Part shown: in pieces, positions 17,670-25,463 of the stretch | Layout: each line of letters starts with the position of its first letter | Position numbering within the stretch: the first letter of the stretch is position 1 | NCBI GenBank assembly: GCA_016288635.1 | Contig: JAEEKZ010000027.1 | Location: 1-63,441, forward strand | Direction of reading: 5' to 3' | Length of the DNA stretch: 63,441 nucleotides | From: Bacillales bacterium | GTDB lineage: Bacteria; Bacillota_I; Bacilli_A; RF39; UBA660 | Notes under the pieces: generated by a model | What the model was told of the DNA's origin: nothing | Databases searched by the model: none | Seen by the model: only the letters and a program-made list of their open reading frames with translations | Position numbers and translations under genes: made by a program

Positions 17670-17719
17670 GTTGCGTTCTATATAGTTGCGTTGGAAATTT
17701 GTCAATCTCCAGTTGCAAT
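17670..17719 (-). promoter_or_regulatory. Promoter of the XRE/DUF4097 operon with embedded direct repeats (candidate operator)
   Basis: The minus strand reads TTGACA (17705-17700)-17 nt-TATAGA (17682-17677). AACGCAAC occurs twice, 15 nt apart (17677-17670 and 17692-17685), within and next to the -10. A third degenerate copy, ATTGCAAC, lies at 17719-17712. Confidence 0.5.
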
Positions 17720-17745
17720 TTAACTTTTCTAACATATTATAACAT

Positions 17746-17772
17746 TAAAAAAGACTACAATGTAGTCTTTTA
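17746..17772 (-). terminator. Terminator of the 1193-aa adhesin gene and end of the SipW operon
   Basis: AAGACTACA-T-TGTAGTCTT followed by a T run, read on the minus strand. It overlaps the stop codon. Confidence 0.7.
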
Positions 17773-20700
17773 TAAATTATCAATCATTTTAGTTTTGAAT
17801 GCTTGAATTAATGCATCGTCCGCAGTTGTATCTGTACTACCTTTCATGTACCAATCATATACATCTTCTTTACCATTATTTAGCATAATTGATTTTAAAT
17901 ATACAAATTTCTTATCATTTGGTTCTTCTCCACCTGGTTTCATTGTATAGAATCTTGTTCTATCTCTAAAACCATAGAATAATGTCAATTCGTAGTCTCT
18001 ATATCTTTCTTCTTCTGGAGCACCTAGAATACCTTCAATTAGGTATGCTAGAGTACCGGTTCTATCTGCACCAATTCTACAATGGAAGAACATTGCATAA
18101 TCATCATCCGTAGTATTAACTATTTCAGTCATTACTTTTGTAAGCGCTGCTCTTGCTGTATTGTAGTTAGTTAAATAGTTTTCATAGTCTATTATGTAGT
18201 GTCTGATTTCAAATGAGTTTGAACTTCCATTAGTAATATTATTTGCCAATGTATCTTCGTTATTCTTACCATGATCAGTTGAAGTACGTAAATCTAATTC
18301 ATATTGAATTCCTAATTTATTTAAATATGTGCCACTTCCATTGATGATTCTTTCACCTCTATAAAGGACTCCATATTTGATAGTACCATCAATAGTACCA
18401 TCTCCATCTTTATCTACTTTAATACCGCCTAAATCTCTAACATTACGCATTTTATTAATTCCAGTACTATTATCGATAGAGATTAATCTTCTTTCACCAA
18501 TTGCTTTTATATAACCATATACATTTGAATCAGATGCTAATTCCCATTTATATATTTCACCAGGAATCATATTATAGATTTTTCCATTGTTTACTGTTAC
18601 GTATGTAGCTTCATCACCTTTTTCTTTTGCTGCATTAGATTTATATACTTTAATAGTTTCAACCATACCAGTATCGTATGGATTTGGTTGATCGCAATAA
18701 ATGCTTCCACCCTCTTCAATTTCTCTATTATCATAGTTTCGGAAATATTTACAGTTATTGCTATTAAAGTTGTTCATCATAGCTGTATCGAAACTTGAAT
18801 GATCTGCGTCTGTTGCGCCACTTGACCAAGTACTAATATTATCAAAATATGTTCTTACAGCAGCAGGCATTATATCATGTTCTATTATTTCGTCAGATGA
18901 ATCATAACTCCATACTGCATGATATGTTTCATCAGTTTCAGGAATTCTTGTTGATAATACTTCTTCATCATCTTCAGTATACCAACCTTCAAAAGTATAT
19001 ATTCCTTTTGTTGGAGTTGGCAATTCACCAACAGGATCACCTAATTCAATTATTACATATATCGGTGTTACCTCTCCACCATCTGCATTAAGAGTAAGTC
19101 TTATATTTGATGGTGGTTGAGGAACCGTATAATACAATCTTTTGTAACCGTTTGCTGTATCTTTTACCTTTGTCGCATCATCTTCTGTATCAGTAATCAT
19201 AGATTCATCATTGATTGCATTTGTTACACCTTTAATCATTCCGTCATATAATGAGAAACTTTTCTTTGAAGATATACCGTATGTATTTCCTTGAATATCT
19301 ATTATAGTTGTATCATATATGTCATCTTTTGTTCCAACTGTTATAGTTCCATTTCCTATAGATAAGCCTGCGCCAACAGTATTAATTATCGTTGCATCAA
19401 GAATATTCATTGTACCAGAATTATTTTGAACGGTACCACGATCAACTTGATTATATGCTCCGCTTGTTTTTGATTTGGCTATTGTTCCATCTTTAATGAT
19501 AATAGTTCCGCCTTCATTAAAGATTGCTTGTTTGCTTCCTGTAGCTTCTATATTAATGTTACTTATAGTTAATGTTCCGCCATTTGCTTCTATAGCTCCA
19601 CTTGTTCCATTGCTAATCATAGATCCATTTCTTACTTCAACTGTTGCTTTTGATCTAACCAAATATGCGCCCTTTGGAACAGGAAGACCTGGATATGAAA
19701 TTGTATGCTCATTTAAATCTAAAATGATATTTTTATTAATATTGCTATTTCCGGTAAAATCAGCCCATATTTCTTTATCTTGAAGATTTGTAGTAACATC
19801 TTTTAAAATATTAATTGTTGTTAATGTAGCTGGTGCATCATCAATGGCAGCTTGGACGGTTAGATAATATTCGCCGTTCATTTCGGCAATAGCATCCGTT
19901 GGAATCCACTTTGCATAGAATGTAGTGTTATCAGCACTTATAATCGTTTCTTCGGTAACTTGAGTAGCCCAAGTTGTGTCTGTATACCAACCAGCAAAAT
20001 CATTATCAGTTTTTGTTGTTGTCGGAAGAGTTCCTATTGCAGCATTTTTTTGAACCGTCATATTTGAAACTGGTGTTCCACCTTGAGAATCAAATATTAC
20101 AGTATATTCTATTACTGTTGCTGAGACAGTTACTGTTATTTGTTTAGTTGTTTGAGAAGTAGTTCCTGTTATTGTAATAATTGCTGTTCCTTCACTTACC
20201 GCAGTTACTAATCCATTTTGATCAACGGTAGCAACTGAAGTATCACTTGATGCAAATGTGTGAGGTTCTAACGCACTAGCATTATTTATTACAATACTTT
20301 CTTGTTCTTCCTCTTCTAATGCCATCGTATTTAATGCTAAATCAGCATCTGAAACTGGTAATACCCATTTTGCATAATATGTATCGTAATCTGCAGGGAT
20401 TGTATCTGCATCTATTTGAGTAGTAAATGTAGTATCAGTATACCATCCTCCAAATGGATAAGCTCCATTTGTTGGAATTGGTAATGTTCCCAATGATTCT
20501 CCTTTTAATACACTTAGATATTCAGTTGAAACAAGTCCTCCATTTGGATTAAATCTAATTATATAAGAATCTTCTATCATTGATAGAGGCACTTCAATTA
20601 CAGGTCTTACAGCATTTTTACTATCCGTTTTATCAGCTACAACAAGTTTTCTTTCATCTTTATGATATCTATATCTTGTTGTTCCATGATCTTCTAGCCA

Positions 20701-21351
20701 AACTGTTGAGTGTCCTGTTGTATTAGCATATGTAGTGTTTTCAAAAATAAAGTTAATATTATCGAATGCTCCGGTTGCCGTTAAATTAGTCTTTCCAGAA
20801 GCTTCTTCTAAATCTTCATATGTTATAAATCTTGCTGGTCTATAATCATCTGTTTGAACTTCAAATGTTACTGGTAAACTATCCCATTGAGTAGTTGTTG
20901 GTAACATACTATGTGCAACATCATGAGTATAGTTATTTGTTGATCCTGGACCTGATGCCCCTTCAAAGTTTGTATAGTAAATTAATACTGCTTTATTATC
21001 AAGTGTTCTTAAATAATAGAATCTTTGATTATATCCAGTTCCATTGACATTACAATCGAATACGTCTCCGGCTTTTAAAGTATCTGAATCAATTATTGAA
21101 CCATAATTGATTACTTCTCCATCTGCATATCCAGCTGTTCTACATCCTACGTTTCCAGCTGTTGAGTGACATTCTTCTGAATGTATTGTTGTTGCTTTTT
21201 TACAAATTATTCCGCCATCTATTATACTTAGATTTATTGTCACGGATTTTGTATCTCTATAAATTGCATTTGTAGATTTAATACCTAAAAAGATGATAAA
21301 TAGAAACGCAAAAAAGCATACTGTTAATTTCAAGTATTTTATTTGTTTCAT
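17770..21351 (-). CDS. 1193-aa secreted/surface protein with Cys-rich N-domain, Listeria-Bacteroides (Flg_new) repeats, Big_2 domain, beta-helix-like region and a C-terminal CX5R tyrosine-phosphatase-like domain
   Basis: The signal anchor is followed by STNAIYRDT. There are three GWYTD/EGWYTE..YAKW units. The Big_2 segment is SSDTSVATVDQNGLVTAVSEGTAIITITG. The G/N/T-rich repeats look beta-helical. The active-site loop is FFHCRIGADRTG, with Cys at aa 1091. Confidence 0.8.
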   Translation of the reverse strand: MKQIKYLKLTVCFFAFLFIIFLGIKSTNAIYRDTKSVTINLSIIDGGIICKKATTIHSEECHSTAGNVGCRTAGYADGEVINYGSIIDSDTLKAGDVFDCNVNGTGYNQRFYYLRTLDNKAVLIYYTNFEGASGPGSTNNYTHDVAHSMLPTTTQWDSLPVTFEVQTDDYRPARFITYEDLEEASGKTNLTATGAFDNINFIFENTTYANTTGHSTVWLEDHGTTRYRYHKDERKLVVADKTDSKNAVRPVIEVPLSMIEDSYIIRFNPNGGLVSTEYLSVLKGESLGTLPIPTNGAYPFGGWYTDTTFTTQIDADTIPADYDTYYAKWVLPVSDADLALNTMALEEEEQESIVINNASALEPHTFASSDTSVATVDQNGLVTAVSEGTAIITITGTTSQTTKQITVTVSATVIEYTVIFDSQGGTPVSNMTVQKNAAIGTLPTTTKTDNDFAGWYTDTTWATQVTEETIISADNTTFYAKWIPTDAIAEMNGEYYLTVQAAIDDAPATLTTINILKDVTTNLQDKEIWADFTGNSNINKNIILDLNEHTISYPGLPVPKGAYLVRSKATVEVRNGSMISNGTSGAIEANGGTLTISNINIEATGSKQAIFNEGGTIIIKDGTIAKSKTSGAYNQVDRGTVQNNSGTMNILDATIINTVGAGLSIGNGTITVGTKDDIYDTTIIDIQGNTYGISSKKSFSLYDGMIKGVTNAINDESMITDTEDDATKVKDTANGYKRLYYTVPQPPSNIRLTLNADGGEVTPIYVIIELGDPVGELPTPTKGIYTFEGWYTEDDEEVLSTRIPETDETYHAVWSYDSSDEIIEHDIMPAAVRTYFDNISTWSSGATDADHSSFDTAMMNNFNSNNCKYFRNYDNREIEEGGSIYCDQPNPYDTGMVETIKVYKSNAAKEKGDEATYVTVNNGKIYNMIPGEIYKWELASDSNVYGYIKAIGERRLISIDNSTGINKMRNVRDLGGIKVDKDGDGTIDGTIKYGVLYRGERIINGSGTYLNKLGIQYELDLRTSTDHGKNNEDTLANNITNGSSNSFEIRHYIIDYENYLTNYNTARAALTKVMTEIVNTTDDDYAMFFHCRIGADRTGTLAYLIEGILGAPEEERYRDYELTLFYGFRDRTRFYTMKPGGEEPNDKKFVYLKSIMLNNGKEDVYDWYMKGSTDTTADDALIQAFKTKMIDNL

Positions 21352-21385
21352 TTTATCACCTCTTCTTTCCTATATATTATTTTTT

Positions 21386-21871
21386 TTAATTTAATTTTTG
21401 AGAAATTACAACATCTAGTTGAATTTGTTCGTTTGTTACTAGCGATGCGCCCCATAACGCTTTAAATGTAAGCGTATGTGTTTGTTCACTGCCTTGAGCT
21501 GAGTATAAAAGCGTTCCAGCTGGATCAATTGTTATTGTTCCATCAGTTGGTCCTTCATAAGTTCCATCATCAAGTTTAACTTGTACATTATTTGGAACAT
21601 TACTTAGTATTACTTTATATACAACATCTACTTCTGAATCGTTTGAAACTGTAAATGTATATCTATCATTTGATAATTCGCCACGTATAACTTCAAGGTT
21701 ATTATCATCATCTTCAGTTAAATCAACATCCCACTTTGCAGCTTTAAGAGTTCCTGTTCCAGTTGTACTTTTTCTCATAAGAGCTATTGAAGTTGGAACA
21801 GTTATTACAACCAATAAAAGTATTGTTATTAAAACAATACTAGGTCTTACTCTTCTCCTTTTCTTTTCCAT
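21386..21871 (-). CDS. Secreted TasA-like (SipW-substrate-type) small protein, paralogue of the 23252-23791 gene
   Basis: ATG at 21871 has a GGGAGA SD. The N-terminus is MEKKRRRVRPSIVLITILLLVV..TSIALMRKSTTGTGTLKAAKWDV. It overlaps the sipW 3' end by 32 nt. Confidence 0.65.
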   Translation of the reverse strand: MEKKRRRVRPSIVLITILLLVVITVPTSIALMRKSTTGTGTLKAAKWDVDLTEDDDNNLEVIRGELSNDRYTFTVSNDSEVDVVYKVILSNVPNNVQVKLDDGTYEGPTDGTITIDPAGTLLYSAQGSEQTHTLTFKALWGASLVTNEQIQLDVVISQKLN

Positions 21872-22334
21872 TTTTATCTCCCTGCTCTTTCTCATCATCA
21901 TTTAAATAGCAAGTTAGCAAATATATTGCTAGCATTAATGCTATTATTGGAATTTTATAGTCCACTACAATATTAAGAAGTCCTCCAATTATAATAACTT
22001 TACCAACAACATTACTAATGTCTGTTTCATCATCATTAATGTTGTTTGCATCCCCTCTAGTAATTATTTTATTACCTTGCTTATTCATTATTCTATGTGT
22101 TACTAGAGAATCCTCAAATTTGAATGTAACTATATCTCCTTTTTTATATTCTTTACTTTTATATGTCATAATATAATCATTTATTTTTATTGTAGGTACC
22201 ATTGATCCGGTTTGAACTTTATATACATCAATTATTCCTGCTATTCTTAGACCAAAGTATCCTATTAATGCAATGATTATTATTACAAATAATACATCAA
22301 TAAATTTCCTTGTTATTTTTATTATCGTTTCCAT
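21840..22334 (-). CDS. sipW: Signal peptidase I, ER/archaeal (SipW) type
   Basis: It has an N-terminal TM helix, Ser box TGSMVPTI, His box VTHRI, GDANNINDD and a C-terminal TM helix. It has a TAATG overlap with the upstream gene. Confidence 0.8.
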   Translation of the reverse strand: METIIKITRKFIDVLFVIIIIALIGYFGLRIAGIIDVYKVQTGSMVPTIKINDYIMTYKSKEYKKGDIVTFKFEDSLVTHRIMNKQGNKIITRGDANNINDDETDISNVVGKVIIIGGLLNIVVDYKIPIIALMLAIYLLTCYLNDDEKEQGDKNGKEKEKSKT

Positions 22335-23155
22335 TAAACACTTTCAGCATCAACGTTTATTTGAAGCCCATAAGTAGCACCGTTCTTACCGATTTCATTA
22401 TCATTACTACTACTTACCCATTTCCATTCTAGTAAGTAAGTATCACTTACGCCTGATGTAATAACCATATTAGAAAGGTTTAATTCATCATATGATACAT
22501 ACTCGCTTATTATATATTCGCCATTCTTTTTAAGTTTATATTTCATATTAATATTTGATGGATTATTTTCAACAAAATCAATATTGTATTTGATGCTCTC
22601 ACTTGTACCATTTTTAACTACAAACTTATATGTATTTGTGCTTTCTGGAGCTATCATTCCTGGTGCAACATACATAGAATCTTTAAAGATATTTAAGTTT
22701 GTTGAACCAGACCATGTATCGGCATTTTTATCTTTATCAAATACTTCAACTTCATTAGATAATTCCTCAACAGGAGGTTCTTCTGGAGTTGGTTCCTCAG
22801 GTGTTGGTTCTTCTGGAGTTGGCTCTACTGGTGTAGGCTCTTCATTACTATTATTGTTTTCTTGCTCTGGCTCCTGATTATTATTCTCAGATTTATTATT
22901 GTTATTGTTGTTGTTGTTATTATTTGGCTTATTATCCTCGATAGGTTCTGGATCTACCGGTTCAATAGGCTGACAATCATTATCTTTCTTATCACATTTA
23001 AATTCAATAATTGTTTCATTTCCTGTAGGAATTGGTTCTTTATTTCCGCCGTTATCAATTGTATGAGTAAATCTAGATAGTAATAACAAAATAATTATTA
23101 TGACTAGTATAACTTTTACAATTGTATCCCAAGTTTTACTTTTTCTATTATCCAT
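22334..23155 (-). CDS. Membrane-anchored low-complexity (poly-Asn, EPTPE repeat) protein with a C-terminal TasA-like beta module
   Basis: ATG at 23155 has a GGAGG SD 8 nt upstream. The TM helix is IVKVILVIIIILLLL. It has N10 and (EEPTP)n tracts. The C-terminal strand pattern is YKFVVKNGTSESIKYNIDF..LLEWKWVS..LQINV. Confidence 0.65.
   Translation of the reverse strand: MDNRKSKTWDTIVKVILVIIIILLLLSRFTHTIDNGGNKEPIPTGNETIIEFKCDKKDNDCQPIEPVDPEPIEDNKPNNNNNNNNNNKSENNNQEPEQENNNSNEEPTPVEPTPEEPTPEEPTPEEPPVEELSNEVEVFDKDKNADTWSGSTNLNIFKDSMYVAPGMIAPESTNTYKFVVKNGTSESIKYNIDFVENNPSNINMKYKLKKNGEYIISEYVSYDELNLSNMVITSGVSDTYLLEWKWVSSSNDNEIGKNGATYGLQINVDAESV
22763..22843 (-). repeat. In-frame 15-nt tandem repeat encoding (E)EPTP units
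   Basis: The plus-strand units GGTTCTTCTGGAGTT / GGTTCCTCAGGTGTT / GGTTCTTCTGGAGTT / GGCTCTACTGGTGTA encode EEPTPVEPTPEEPTPEEPTPEEPP. Confidence 0.7.
22895..22924 (-). repeat. AAT/AAC codon run encoding Asn10
   Basis: ATTATTGTTATTGTTGTTGTTGTTATTATT on the plus strand. Confidence 0.7.
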
Positions 23156-23178
23156 ATATTTGTCCTCCATTACGCTCT

Positions 23179-23239
23179 CGTTTAAGGCCTATATCGAAAT
23201 ATAGGCTTTAAACGAAAGAATAATATTTTCATATTATTC
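23179..23239 (-). promoter_or_regulatory. Two tandem stem-loops between the first (major-subunit candidate) gene and the rest of the SipW operon
   Basis: Hairpin 1 is GAATAATAT-GAAA-ATATTATTC followed by TTTCGTTT, on the minus strand at 23239-23218. Hairpin 2 has a 16-bp stem, CGTTTAAAGCCTATAT-TTCG-ATATAGGCCTTAAACG (23214-23179), with one G-U pair and no T run. Confidence 0.6.
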
Positions 23240-23251
23240 GTATATTCGTTA

Positions 23252-23791
23252 TTAGTCAGTAGCTAGTTTTTGTCTTGCTTCTAGCGTTACTGGAATTGAA
23301 AGATTTGTATCATTTACAGCTTTATCAGTTGTATCTTTTCCAGTTTCATCTGCTATAGTACCAGTCCAAGTAACTGTAACTACTACATTAGCTGTCATAG
23401 TTGTGCCATATTCAATTGTTTGAACGCCAGCTGTTCCTGAGGTTACTTCGGCAGTAAATCCTGCTGGTAATGATGCACCACTACCAATAGCAGCTGTTAG
23501 AAGTACATCAACTTCTGATCCTGATGCATCTACCGGAATTGTAATAGTTCCACTGTCTCCAGGCGCAATTGTATTATTTTTTCCAGTATGTGTTGTCCAT
23601 GTTATATTGCTAATATCAAAGTTCATTGTTGCAGATTCAATTGCTGTTCCATTTACTTTAACATCCCACTTTGCTGCTTTAATAGTTCCAGTTCCATTTG
23701 CACTTGAACGATAAATTGCAAGTGTTGTAAATGTAACAGATACTAGAAGTAATAATACGATAGCTACTAATATTTTCTTATTTCCCTTCAT
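23252..23791 (-). CDS. Secreted TasA-like (SipW-substrate-type) protein, candidate major subunit
   Basis: 179 aa with a strong AGGAGGTGA SD. The signal anchor is followed by TTLAIYRSSANGTGTIKAAKWDV. It is the first gene behind the operon promoter. Two hairpins follow it. Confidence 0.7.
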   Translation of the reverse strand: MKGNKKILVAIVLLLLVSVTFTTLAIYRSSANGTGTIKAAKWDVKVNGTAIESATMNFDISNITWTTHTGKNNTIAPGDSGTITIPVDASGSEVDVLLTAAIGSGASLPAGFTAEVTSGTAGVQTIEYGTTMTANVVVTVTWTGTIADETGKDTTDKAVNDTNLSIPVTLEARQKLATD

Positions 23792-23865
23792 CTTTTTTCA
23801 CCTCCTATTTTGTATATAAGATGAGTCATTATCTGTTATATATCATCATCTATTTTACATATATG

Positions 23866-23895
23866 ATTATACCAAATTATGAACATACAATTCAA
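23866..23895 (-). promoter_or_regulatory. Strong sigma-A-type promoter of the SipW operon
   Basis: TTGAAT-18 nt-TATAAT with an extended -10 TGg. A 5' UTR of about 75 nt precedes the AGGAGGTGA SD. Confidence 0.55.
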
Positions 23896-23930
23896 CCCCT
23901 TTCGCACTTTTTCCCATAAAATAAAACATT

Positions 23931-23957
23931 AAAAAAGAGACTATTTAGTCTCCTTTT
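23931..23957 (-). terminator. Terminator of the DUF218 gene
   Basis: GGAGACTA-AA-TAGTCTC followed by T6, read on the minus strand. Confidence 0.7.
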
Positions 23958-25413
23958 AAATATTGTTTCCGACATAAGTTAGTAATATCATTAATGCTAT
24001 GAAAGCAGCCATTGATAAGAAGAATATGATGTGCTTTTTTCTTTCAGAATAAAGTGTTCCTATAAACTCTCTAATAAAGGCATTAATCCAAAAATATGAC
24101 TTTGTTTTAGATCCCATTCCCTCAAGTTTTAGACCTTGTTCAGTTGCAATTAAACCTGCTCTCATAACATGATAATTAGTTGTAGAAAATGCTATGTTAG
24201 CTTTTTTATTATTAATTAATTTATTAGAAAATTTAATATTTTCATTTGTATTTTTTGATTTGGCTTCAACAAGGATGTTTTTGGCTTTTATTCCTTGATC
24301 AAGCAAATAATTTTTCATTGCTTCGCCTTCTGAAATTATCTCATCTTTTCCTTGCCCACCAGAAGTTACAAATACTAAATCTTTTTTAGTTTCTTTTAAT
24401 TGTTCATTTCTAAACTCTAATGCTCTATCTACTCTACCCTTTAGTAAAGGAGTTAATGTTCCATCCTTCTTTATTTGACAGCCTAAAATAATAATATAAT
24501 CTTTATTCATTTCAGGTTTCTTTCTAATTGATTTAATAGCAATAATTATTGTAGCTAATAGAACACATTCTAGGTATGCTACAGTTAAGTACACTAGTGA
24601 CTCAAAGAAGTTGTATAGATATGGACCTGGTCTATTTAAATTATAGATATTAACTATTTGCGATTTCATTAAGAATTTATATACATTATCTGGTAAAAAT
24701 GTTAATACACAAATAAATATTCCCAGGAATAATCCAAGTAAATTTTTTAAAGATTTTCCTTCTTTTCTAATTAGATTAATATTACTAATTGTAACTAAAA
24801 TAAAGGTTACAAGCGCTATTGGAAGCATTATAACCGATACAAATGATAATGAATTAATTGTATCATTTATAGTAGTTTGTAATCCCTGATAATGAAAAAT
24901 AGATACAAGATTGCTTAATGTGAAAAAAGACAAATAAATTATAATGCCTAAATAAGCTATGTTTTTGTATTGATATATATTTTCTGTCAAAGTATATTTA
25001 TATCTTTTTATTAATAAATAGAGGCAATATATCAAGAATATTGAAAGCGATATAGGTATTATTTCTGATCCGTTTGATTTGCCAAAGAATGAATCACTTG
25101 TTATAACATGACTTTTATGAACCACTACGTTTTTGCCTTCTTTGTATTCATCATATTCTAGGAAGAAATAAGTGTTACCCGGTTTCTTGGCTTTTAATTT
25201 TACTATATATTTGCTACCTATGAGTTTCTTTTCTAGTATTTCAACATTTTCTTCCCCATCTATCGCCAAATCAGTTATCTTTTTATTATTAGTATCAAAT
25301 GTTATTGTACATGTTTTTCCCATGATTAAAATGGTTATTGAAGAAATAATAATTAATATAATGGCTAATAAGATAACTTTCTTAATTTCTTTTTTCATAT
25401 AAATCACACTCAT
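23956..25413 (-). CDS. Polytopic membrane protein with a C-terminal DUF218 (YdcF/SanA/ElyC) domain
   Basis: The DUF218 block is IIILGCQIKKDGTLTPLLKGRVDRALEF..VTSGGQG..EGEAMKNYL..ILVEAKSKNTNENI. There are about 8 TM helices. The start could also be the ATG at 25398. Confidence 0.7.
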   Translation of the reverse strand: MSVIYMKKEIKKVILLAIILIIISSITILIMGKTCTITFDTNNKKITDLAIDGEENVEILEKKLIGSKYIVKLKAKKPGNTYFFLEYDEYKEGKNVVVHKSHVITSDSFFGKSNGSEIIPISLSIFLIYCLYLLIKRYKYTLTENIYQYKNIAYLGIIIYLSFFTLSNLVSIFHYQGLQTTINDTINSLSFVSVIMLPIALVTFILVTISNINLIRKEGKSLKNLLGLFLGIFICVLTFLPDNVYKFLMKSQIVNIYNLNRPGPYLYNFFESLVYLTVAYLECVLLATIIIAIKSIRKKPEMNKDYIIILGCQIKKDGTLTPLLKGRVDRALEFRNEQLKETKKDLVFVTSGGQGKDEIISEGEAMKNYLLDQGIKAKNILVEAKSKNTNENIKFSNKLINNKKANIAFSTTNYHVMRAGLIATEQGLKLEGMGSKTKSYFWINAFIREFIGTLYSERKKHIIFFLSMAAFIALMILLTYVGNNI

Positions 25414-25463
25414 TCAAAAATAGTATATCATAATATAAAAAAAGAAGTTGGTTTATAACTTCT

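Noticed and set aside
22763-22924. Short tandem DNA repeats that could be mistaken for a CRISPR-like or minisatellite array
   Set aside because: The units are 15 nt or 3 nt, contiguous without spacers, in frame, and translate to EPTPE and Asn tracts inside a gene. There are no cas genes in the window.
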